From the NCBI GenBank assembly GCA_045576815.1, contig JAZNHD010000065.1, positions 1 through 56,297 on the forward strand: a stretch of 56,297 nucleotides of DNA, in the 5' to 3' direction. Positions 19,579 to 27,608 of the stretch are shown piece after piece. The notes under the pieces are model-generated. The model did not search any database and was not told the origin of the DNA. It saw only the letters and a program-made list of their open reading frames with translations. The number at the start of each line of letters is the position of its first letter. Position 1 is the first letter of the stretch. The translations under genes were made by a program, and so were the position numbers. Source of the stretch: Eubacteriales bacterium (lineage in GTDB: Bacteria; Bacillota; Clostridia; Oscillospirales; CAG-272).

Positions 19579-20463
19579 CTACCTCTCCTTAGCTACCGAG
19601 GGGTTCTCCCCGAAGTATTCCTTGTAGGCGCGCGAGAAGGTATAAACCGACGAGTAACCAAGTAAGCGCGCTATGCGCGTTATCGAGAGGGTATTCTCGG
19701 TGAGGAGCAGCCTTGCCGTTTCAAGCCTGCGACGCCTGTAGTAATTCATAAGGGTGCAGCCTGTAACCTCTTTAAATAAATTAGACAGGTAATTGTAATT
19801 ATATTTTGTAATCTTGGATAGCTCCGAGAGACTTTCCATACTGTAAACGTGGCTGTCGATGTAGTTCATTATGCGGTAGCAGAACAGCTCTGCCTCATCG
19901 GGATTTGCGGTATGGCGGCCGGCGGCCGTAGCCAAGGCGGCGAAGTCTCGCACAACATATATCAAAATCTCGCGCAGCATCGACTCCATAATAAGACTAG
20001 AATAAGCCTCACCCGAGCTCTCCTCTAATATGGCGCGCGAAACGATATCCGGAATGTAACCGTCGCGTATGACGCGCTTTTTTGGCGAGTGAAAGTCGAG
20101 CATAACCGAGTCAAGCTCAGCGCGCAACGCCTCATTCGTGGTATGGGCGGCGATAAAGTCGAACTTTAACGGCTCTTCTTTATCCGAGATAATCTCGTGC
20201 ACGTCACCGGGAAAGGACACGTAAATATCACCGGACGCCACCTCGGTCGGCACGTCGTTTGTGAGAATTAAGCCCCGCCCGCCGCGCACGATTGTGAGTT
20301 CGATAAAATCAAGCTGAGTGTGCTTTTCAACCACCGTATTCTCGGAGCAACACATGCGCCCAATCTGAATAAGACGCATATTTCCATACTCGCGCGCAGA
20401 GGCAAAATAGGATTTATTAACAGGGTATTTATGACGTCGGTTAACGCAAGGACTGTCTGCCAT
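19579..20463 (-). CDS. AraC family transcriptional regulator
   Basis: Cupin N-terminus; IARLLGYSSVYTFSRAYKEYFGENPS; start at ATG 20463 after an AAGGAGG RBS. Confidence 0.88.
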   Translation of the reverse strand: MADSPCVNRRHKYPVNKSYFASAREYGNMRLIQIGRMCCSENTVVEKHTQLDFIELTIVRGGRGLILTNDVPTEVASGDIYVSFPGDVHEIISDKEEPLKFDFIAAHTTNEALRAELDSVMLDFHSPKKRVIRDGYIPDIVSRAILEESSGEAYSSLIMESMLREILIYVVRDFAALATAAGRHTANPDEAELFCYRIMNYIDSHVYSMESLSELSKITKYNYNYLSNLFKEVTGCTLMNYYRRRRLETARLLLTENTLSITRIARLLGYSSVYTFSRAYKEYFGENPSVAKER

Positions 20464-21140
20464 AACAGCCTCCTTTCTGCTGTGAAAATTCCTGCGCGAT
20501 ACTCTCAAAACAAAAAAACGCTCGCACATAACCTTCAGCCACCCACATTTTATCTATTAGATTATATACCCTATCTTTCGGTTTGTCAATAAAAATGTTA
20601 TGCTTTTCTCGCCGTTTTTCCGCGAATTCTGTAAAAATGCTAAATATGTCATTAAAATTTGCTATTTAGATTATTAACCGCGTAGGCTATAATGTAACCG
20701 GAAATTTTTCCCCGAGGCGCTCTCTGCGGAGTCACGCTCAATATTGAGACCGCTCCTCGGCTGCTCTTTTTTCTTTTTTTGAGGGCTGCACTCAGCGAGT
20801 TAATCTAAAAGGCCTCGCGCGCACGCGTTTAAGCGTAATTATTATATATTTTCTTTCCTTTCCTGAGCTAACCTAACCTTCCCTTCCCTATCCTATAGTC
20901 CTTCCCCTTCCCTTCCTAAAGAGATAAATTCCGCGATGTTATCCTTGAGCGTAGAAGCGAGGGGCTTTTATCAAAGGAGCTAGAGGACGGGTTTAATCCA
21001 TAACGCATAATTCATAACGCAAAATCAGAGGGTGAGTAATTCTTCATTTTTAATCAAACCTCACGCCTTCTTGTCACCTATTATGCAACTTGCACAATAA
21101 TTATGTCACCTTTCAGGTTAAACTTTGGAAGGGTACTATA

Positions 21141-21212
21141 CTTACTTTTCGCTTTCTTTGTGCTACAATGTAAGTGTCAGGACGGAGCAATACCGGTTAG
21201 CATAGGTCCTGG
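21141..21212 (+). promoter_or_regulatory. Extended -10 promoter and 5' leader hairpin of the phage-like operon
   Basis: TG-c-TACAAT at 21161-21169 with a weak -35 (CTTACT, 17 nt spacer); GTCAGGAC...GTCCTGGC stem immediately before the AAAGGAG RBS. Confidence 0.55.
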
Positions 21213-21230
21213 CGAAAGGAGTTAAGGTTT

Positions 21231-21839
21231 ATGGCAGAAAGAAGGATGTTCTCACGGCAAATAATCGAAAGTGACAGCTTCACCGATATGCCCGACTCGG
21301 CGCGCCTTCTCTATTTCCACCTTGCGCTGCGTGCCGACGACGACGGATTTATCTCGTCTGCCAAATCAATACTCCGCATGGCAGGAGTTTCAGAGGCGGA
21401 TATAAAGTCGCTTACTGATGCGGATTTTCTTCTTCCTCTTGATGACGGTGTCTACCTTATCAGACATTGGCACGCACACAATAACATACCAAGGTCGGTA
21501 TACACGCCTTCGCGCTACGCTCATCTTCTGGAGAACTTTAAGGTTGACGGGCAAGGAAGATACGTAAGCTGCGAAAGAGCAGAGTGCGAATCGACGCCGA
21601 CGGCTGAGGACACTCAAGACGAGGATGACGACATAGTCTTTGAGTTAAAGATTGTCGAATACTTCATAAGAGCAAAATATTTCTCCTCGCCCGACAGCTT
21701 TATCGCCTACAACAAGTCGCGCGGATGGCGTGGGGTTGGCGGTGAAAACGTCAAAGAAAACTACGAAAGGTATATAGACGAGTGGGAAAAGAGCTACTGC
21801 ATAAAGCACAGTCTGCCACTGCCCTATCGGGAAATGTAA
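21231..21839 (+). CDS. Phage replisome-organizer / replication-initiator-like protein
   Basis: N-terminus MAERRMFSRQIIESDSFTDMPDSARLLYFHLALRADDDGFI and IRHW..HN..P...Y.PS, typical of Firmicute phage replisome organizers. Confidence 0.8.
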   Translation: MAERRMFSRQIIESDSFTDMPDSARLLYFHLALRADDDGFISSAKSILRMAGVSEADIKSLTDADFLLPLDDGVYLIRHWHAHNNIPRSVYTPSRYAHLLENFKVDGQGRYVSCERAECESTPTAEDTQDEDDDIVFELKIVEYFIRAKYFSSPDSFIAYNKSRGWRGVGGENVKENYERYIDEWEKSYCIKHSLPLPYREM

Positions 21840-21840
21840 A

Positions 21841-22158
21841 ATGAAAAAATTCAAGTATAGAAAGAGCCTGCCGCGCGAGATGTACTCCTACTTCATCTCC
21901 TACGATGACACTCAGGGTGCGCCGAGCTTTCAGAAGTTTGCAAAAGAGATAGGCGTAACGACAGAGGAGCTACTATCAATGAGGCAGCACAAAAGATTTG
22001 ACGAGTCATACCGCGAATGCAGCGAAATCCGAAGAGATTATCTTATTGACCGTGCGCTATCCAAGAGGTTTGACGCGTCCTTTGTGAAGTTCCTCGTCGG
22101 TGAGGAGGGCGACACCCGCGACGGAGAGGTTGAAATACGGCTCGAGGTGGTAGAGTGA
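21841..22158 (+). CDS. Probable terminase small subunit
   Basis: HTH-like PSFQKFAKEIGVTTEEL followed by an amphipathic helix; directly upstream of and overlapping TerL. Confidence 0.65.
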   Translation: MKKFKYRKSLPREMYSYFISYDDTQGAPSFQKFAKEIGVTTEELLSMRQHKRFDESYRECSEIRRDYLIDRALSKRFDASFVKFLVGEEGDTRDGEVEIRLEVVE

Positions 22159-23513
22159 TTTATCCTCTTACCGCAACGAAAAAGCAGGCTGAGTTTATGT
22201 CTGCCACAGAATCAGAGGTCCTGTTCGGCGGTGCTGCCGGTGGCGGTAAATCCTACGGTCAGGCGCTCGACGCCCTGCGCTTTGCGATAAAGCATCCTCG
22301 CTCGCGGCAGCTGATTTTGCGCCGCACATTTTCCGAGCTTGACAAGTCCTTAATCCGCACAACGCTTGAAATTTACCCACGCGGAATTTACACCTACGGC
22401 GGCACGACACACACGGGAAAATTCAAAAACGGCTCGCTTATCGACTTCGGCTATCTCGCAAGCGAGAGCGACGTCTATCAGTACCAGAGTGCCGAGTACG
22501 ACGTTATCCGTTTTGACGAGCTGACACATTTTTCCGAGGCGCAATATCTCTACCTTATATCAAGAGTGCGCGGGGCAAACCCGTATCCAAAGCAGATTAA
22601 ATCCACCACAAACCCCGGCGGCATAGGTCACACGTGGGTAAAGCGCCGCTTTATAGAAAAGGGATTTTCCGGCGAGAGCTTTATCGGTGAGGACGGAATG
22701 TCAAGAATTTTCATCTCCTCGCGAATTTCCGACAATAAATTTCTCGAAAGCGCCGACCCGTGCTACAAAAACCGCCTTCTCGCCTTGCCCGAAAGAGAAA
22801 GGCGCGCGCTCCTTTACGGTGACTGGGACGTCTTTGAGGGACAGTATTTTTCGGAGTTTTCTCACGCCCTACACGTTACCGCTCCCTTTGAAATTCCGAG
22901 GAGCTGGCGAAAATACCGAACGGTTGACTACGGTCTTGACAGGCTTGCTTGTCTTTGGATTGCCGTCTCACCCGAGGGAGTCGCCTACGTCTACCGCGAG
23001 TATTGCGAGTCCAACCTTGCGATAAGTCAGGCGGCATCAAGCATAATTGAGAGGACTCCGCACGCAGAGGAAATTTACGCTACGCTAGCCCCGCCGGACC
23101 TGTGGTCGCGCAGTCAGGAAAGCGGCAGAAGCCGCGCAACACTCTTTTCCGAATACGGCTTAAACTTCACCCGTACGTCAAATGACAGAGAATGTGGCTG
23201 GCTTGCCGTAAAGGAGCTTTTACGCGACACGGGTACGGGGGTGAGGCTAAAAATCTTTTCTACCTGCCACGAGCTTATTGAGTGTCTTCCTGCACTCACG
23301 GTGGACAAGGCACGCCCGTCCGACTGCTCGACCGAGCCGCACAGAATAACCCACGCGCCCGATGCCCTGCGCGGCTTCGCGATATATAAAAGAGCTCCCA
23401 TAGATACACCGCACAAAAGCATCAGATGGAGCGCTGATATGTGGGAGGACTACGCTATGGCAGACAGCGTCGGGCGCGAATATCTCAAAAAGAAATACGG
23501 AGAACCAAATTGA
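22155..23513 (+). CDS. Terminase large subunit
   Basis: Walker A GGAAGGGKS, Walker B IRFDE, STTNPGG coupling motif, nuclease VDYG and HAPDALR. Confidence 0.93.
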   Translation: MIYPLTATKKQAEFMSATESEVLFGGAAGGGKSYGQALDALRFAIKHPRSRQLILRRTFSELDKSLIRTTLEIYPRGIYTYGGTTHTGKFKNGSLIDFGYLASESDVYQYQSAEYDVIRFDELTHFSEAQYLYLISRVRGANPYPKQIKSTTNPGGIGHTWVKRRFIEKGFSGESFIGEDGMSRIFISSRISDNKFLESADPCYKNRLLALPERERRALLYGDWDVFEGQYFSEFSHALHVTAPFEIPRSWRKYRTVDYGLDRLACLWIAVSPEGVAYVYREYCESNLAISQAASSIIERTPHAEEIYATLAPPDLWSRSQESGRSRATLFSEYGLNFTRTSNDRECGWLAVKELLRDTGTGVRLKIFSTCHELIECLPALTVDKARPSDCSTEPHRITHAPDALRGFAIYKRAPIDTPHKSIRWSADMWEDYAMADSVGREYLKKKYGEPN

Positions 23514-25177
23514 CAGTACTTAATATGAAAAAGAAGGAGCGCGCGGACTATTTCCGCTCGCTCTACGAGGCGGCGAGGGAGGCACGCGGGGAGGAGCTTG
23601 ACACACTCGAGAGGCATATGAAGCAATACCTCGGCTCGCCCGAGATTGACGGCTCACCCGAGCCCGCTCTAACGGTGAGAAACATCACCTACGAGCTTAT
23701 TGAAAGCGAATTTTCGGCAGGTGTACCGCACTGCAAGGTCGACCCCGCCTGCTACAGCGAAAAAAGAGACCGAAACGCGCGCTCTGTTGAGAGGCTGTGC
23801 CACGCTCTGAGAGCCCGTCTTCCCTTTGAGGAATTAAACGACCGCGACGAGCGTTACACCTACGTTTACGGTGGAAGCGTGTGGTACGTCGAGTGGGACT
23901 CGGAGGGCGGCGACGGCGACGTTAAGATAATCTGCCTTTCACCCACCGCGCTCGTGCCCGAGCCGGGTGTTGCTGAGATTGAGGATATGGACTACTGCTT
24001 CCTTGAATTTCCGGCGACCGTCTCGGAGATATGCCGCCGCTACGGAATAAGCAATGCAGATATCGGCTCGCTTGAGTGTGACGCCACCCTCGGAGAGTGT
24101 GACGAGGACGAGGTTGTAAGACTTGTCGTAGGCTTTTACCGCGACGATGACGGAGAGGTCGGCAGGATTGTATTCTCGGGCGGTGTTTGCCTCTCGGACA
24201 TTCCGCGCTACTTTAGCCGCCGCGTCGGCTATTGCAAAAGCTGCGGTGAGCCCTTACCCTGCAGCTGCAAAAATCCTATGCCGAAGGAGGAGCTTATCCT
24301 CACCGAAAAGGTCGGGGACGGTGAGGTTTTTTACTACACGCCCCGCGAGTTCCCCATCGTAATCCGCAAAAACACAAGCGCTGAGCCGTCACTTCTCGGT
24401 CAGTCCGACTGCGCTATGATACGACCGCAGCAGCAGGCTATAAACAAGATTGAGTCGAGAATTTTAAAAAAGCTGCTGCGCTCGGGTGTCACCCCTGTTA
24501 TTCCCGAGGATGCAACCGTCACCCCGACGGGCTCGGTGTTTGGCGAAATTATAAGAATGAAGCCCGGCGACAGCCTCGACCGCTACGGAAAGGTGGATAC
24601 AACACCAGACGTATCACAGGACATCGAGGAAGCCGACCGACTCTACGAGCAGGCAAGGCGCATTATCGGCATATCCGACGCGCACCAAGGCATTGAGGCG
24701 AAAAACGAGTCCGGCTACGCAAGGGCTCTGCGCATCTCGCAGGCAGAGGGCAGGCTTGCCTCAAAGCGCCGAATGAAGCATCAGGCATACGCAAAGCTAT
24801 ACAGGCTTGTGTTTTTGCACTATCTTGCCTTTGCTGACACAGCACGCGAGCTTTCCTACCGAGACGAATACGGCAGAGTGCATCTCGACGAGTTCTGCCG
24901 CTACGACTTCATTGAGGGGGAGGGCGAGGGTCGCCGCTTCTCCGACGACTATCTGTTCTCGGTTGACCTCAACGGCGGCACGGAATACTCCCGAGAAATG
25001 CTCTGGGAGAAAAACCTCTTAAATCTTGAGTCCGGCACGCTCGGTGACAAGACGAGTCCCATAACGCTCTTGCGCTACTGGCAGTGTCAGGAGCGAGCGC
25101 ACTATCCGTTTGCACGCGAGATGGTGGAATACTTCAGAATGAAAATAGAAAAGGAGAATGACGATGCAAACAAGTGA
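23510..25177 (+). CDS. Probable portal protein (with Cys-rich insertion)
   Basis: Position after TerL, ~555 aa, portal-like segments (RNITYELIES, LLGQSDC..IRPQQQAINK, IGISDAHQG, ESGYAR). The TTG start overlaps the TerL stop and has a GGAG RBS. Confidence 0.75.
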   Translation: MTVLNMKKKERADYFRSLYEAAREARGEELDTLERHMKQYLGSPEIDGSPEPALTVRNITYELIESEFSAGVPHCKVDPACYSEKRDRNARSVERLCHALRARLPFEELNDRDERYTYVYGGSVWYVEWDSEGGDGDVKIICLSPTALVPEPGVAEIEDMDYCFLEFPATVSEICRRYGISNADIGSLECDATLGECDEDEVVRLVVGFYRDDDGEVGRIVFSGGVCLSDIPRYFSRRVGYCKSCGEPLPCSCKNPMPKEELILTEKVGDGEVFYYTPREFPIVIRKNTSAEPSLLGQSDCAMIRPQQQAINKIESRILKKLLRSGVTPVIPEDATVTPTGSVFGEIIRMKPGDSLDRYGKVDTTPDVSQDIEEADRLYEQARRIIGISDAHQGIEAKNESGYARALRISQAEGRLASKRRMKHQAYAKLYRLVFLHYLAFADTARELSYRDEYGRVHLDEFCRYDFIEGEGEGRRFSDDYLFSVDLNGGTEYSREMLWEKNLLNLESGTLGDKTSPITLLRYWQCQERAHYPFAREMVEYFRMKIEKENDDANK

Positions 25178-25640
25178 AATATTTGACACGGCTACCGAGG
25201 CAGAGCTCGAAGCCGAGGTGAACACAGCGAACTGCGAGGGCATAGAAGAAGCTGAATTTCTCGACACGCCCCCCGAGGTATCAGAAGTCGAGGTGGAGGC
25301 GTCAGAGACAGAGGATACGTTAGAGTCCGACCTTGACGAGCTGTCAAGAGAGTTCGGAGAGCTTTCGGGGGTCGGCTCTATCTCCGAGATTGACGGTGCT
25401 CTTCGCTACGGCGAGCTGCGCGAGCTCGGCCTTTCACCGCGAGAGGCATATCTTGCCACAAGGCCTAAGCAGATTAAGGAGAGGAGTGCGCGCGCACATC
25501 TCACTCCCGCGGCACCGAGTGCTGTGCGAAGACTCAGTCCTACCATGCCGCACAAGGAGCTTAAGATAGCACGAGAGCTATTTGAAAACCTCTCAGACAG
25601 CGAAATTGAAGCACTATACAAGAAAGTAACAAGGGTTTAA
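25158..25640 (+). CDS. Probable capsid scaffolding protein
   Basis: Very acidic N-terminus and short helical C-terminus (LSDSEIEALYKK), located between portal and capsid. Confidence 0.6.
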   Translation: MTMQTSEIFDTATEAELEAEVNTANCEGIEEAEFLDTPPEVSEVEVEASETEDTLESDLDELSREFGELSGVGSISEIDGALRYGELRELGLSPREAYLATRPKQIKERSARAHLTPAAPSAVRRLSPTMPHKELKIARELFENLSDSEIEALYKKVTRV

Positions 25641-25711
25641 AAGCCAAATTAAGCAAATATTACTTTACAAAAATAAACAATTTACCATTAACGAAAGGAT
25701 TAAACTAAAAA

Positions 25712-26773
25712 ATGATAGTTTACACAAAAGCAACAGGTCTTATCCCTCAGGCAGCAAGCCTTGAGGCACCCATCAAGATGATAATCGAAAACGAGAGCAA
25801 CATTCAGGCAAGAAAGAATTACGTTCTTGACAGGCTCTTTAACGTTGAAAAGTCCAACCGCTTCGGCGAAACTCTCGTAACCGAAACCGAGTTCAATCTC
25901 TTTAAGCCTGCCGAGGAGGGTGCTGCCGCAGAGCAGGATAACATAAGAAAGCTCACCTCGAAATTCGTTGAGCACATTCAGTACATGAAGGAGTTCAATA
26001 TCTCCGCGGAGATGATGGAGGACGCGGGCTACGGCATTGCAACCAGTGCAAAGCGCAGAATTGAGAATTTCACCAGAGCCTACTACCGTACGATGAACAA
26101 TATTGCGGCCTACGCTATCACTCGTGCATATCAGCCGACCTTCACCTACAACGGCGCAGAGCTTGACCTTACCTCACCCGACGGTCTTTCGGTTTTCAAC
26201 AACAAGCACCGCTGGGGCACCACCGGCACCTCAAGCGGTATCTTCTCGAACAAATTCTCCGGCAATATTTTCCAGACCGGCATCGAGAGCAACAGAATCC
26301 TTGACATCGACCTCCTCGAAGAAAGAATTAACTACCTTGCAGCACATATAAGAAAGGCCCCCGACGAGAACGGCGAGGCGATGGGCTACGAAGCAGACAC
26401 CATCATTCTTCCTGCCAATCAGCCGAAGGCAGAGGCGCTTATCAAGAGAATCTGCTACTCCGAGGGCAAGGTCAACACGAACTTAAACGACGTAAACCTC
26501 AACTACGGCAGATGGAACATCATCGTTCTTCCTCAGTGGATAGCAAACAATCCCGCATTTATTATGATGTCCTCCGAGGCAAACAAAAACCTTGGCGGTA
26601 ACATGTTCTTTAACCGCGTGCCCCTCACTGTGACGAACTGGATAGACCCCCATACCGACAATTACGTATGGCACGGCATATGCCGCTTCGGCGTTGGATT
26701 TGGTACGTACAAGCACATGCTCTACGCAGAGGACATGTACGAAGAGTCCGAAGACTACACCTACATGGATTAA
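25712..26773 (+). CDS. Major capsid protein (HK97 fold, Mu gpT-like family)
   Basis: 353 aa; motifs EFNISAEMMED, PDGLSVFNNKH, DENGE..GYEADTIILP, RFGVGF; AAAGGA RBS and codon bias like highly expressed host genes. Confidence 0.8.
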   Translation: MIVYTKATGLIPQAASLEAPIKMIIENESNIQARKNYVLDRLFNVEKSNRFGETLVTETEFNLFKPAEEGAAAEQDNIRKLTSKFVEHIQYMKEFNISAEMMEDAGYGIATSAKRRIENFTRAYYRTMNNIAAYAITRAYQPTFTYNGAELDLTSPDGLSVFNNKHRWGTTGTSSGIFSNKFSGNIFQTGIESNRILDIDLLEERINYLAAHIRKAPDENGEAMGYEADTIILPANQPKAEALIKRICYSEGKVNTNLNDVNLNYGRWNIIVLPQWIANNPAFIMMSSEANKNLGGNMFFNRVPLTVTNWIDPHTDNYVWHGICRFGVGFGTYKHMLYAEDMYEESEDYTYMD

Positions 26774-26777
26774 TCTT

Positions 26778-27608
26778 ATGACGGTTAAGGAAGTTTTATC
26801 AGATGCGGCGGCCATGCTCGGCATCTCTCGCATCGCGCCGGACTCGCGCTCCTTTGGTGCTATAAGGCGTGCGCTATACACAGTTTTCCGCGACACGGGG
26901 TGCGAGGCGAACGGTAAAATCCTTGCCGTTGGAAGAAAGCCCCTTACCCGTGTGAAGATTTTGCCCCACGTCTCGGGGCAGGTTGAGCGCTTTGCCGTAA
27001 CCGGTGGTGCTTATGCCTTTGAGGTTTCTGGCAAGGGAGGCTTTCTTGTGCGAGACAGGCGCGGAGAGAGACGATACTCCTTTGACACCGACGGTGAGTT
27101 TTTCACAGGTCGCACCGTAGGAGGCGGCTCGCTCGAATTTTTCGGTGAATATTCATTCGTCGTATTTAATCTATCGGACTACCCCGCCCCCGCAAACGAG
27201 GATAAATTACCCGACGGCTCCGGAGAGTGCCGTTACGAGCTCACAGAGCTCATTGGTGATTTTCTCTCGCTATCCTCGACGCCCACCGACAGAGCGGGCA
27301 AAAAAATAGACGGCATGCGTGTGGTCGGAAGCGTCATTTATCTGCCGGAGGAGTATACCGGCGAGGTATGCTTCAGCTACTTCAGACGTCCAACCTCTCC
27401 TGTCGTTGAAGAGGGCGAAACGCTCGATTTGCCGATGGAGCATGCACTCCTTTTAGCCCCGCTTGTCGGAGCGTATTTTACCGCGAGAGAGGATGCAGAG
27501 GCCTCGGCACAGTGCCTTAGCAGCTACCGCGATATGCTCGCATTGCTCCCATCGCCCGTGCGGGTTGCTCCTGCTGAGCTCTACTACTGTAAAAGCAGGT
27601 GGGCGTAA
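26778..27608 (+). CDS. Probable head-tail adaptor protein
   Basis: Follows the capsid gene; helical N-terminus and YFRRP...LDLPMEHALLL C-terminal pattern seen in podovirus-type adaptors. Confidence 0.55.
   Translation: MTVKEVLSDAAAMLGISRIAPDSRSFGAIRRALYTVFRDTGCEANGKILAVGRKPLTRVKILPHVSGQVERFAVTGGAYAFEVSGKGGFLVRDRRGERRYSFDTDGEFFTGRTVGGGSLEFFGEYSFVVFNLSDYPAPANEDKLPDGSGECRYELTELIGDFLSLSSTPTDRAGKKIDGMRVVGSVIYLPEEYTGEVCFSYFRRPTSPVVEEGETLDLPMEHALLLAPLVGAYFTAREDAEASAQCLSSYRDMLALLPSPVRVAPAELYYCKSRWA

Noticed and set aside
25712-26773. Encapsulin nanocompartment
   Set aside because: The capsid gene is accompanied by terminase and portal genes, which indicates DNA packaging rather than enzyme cargo.
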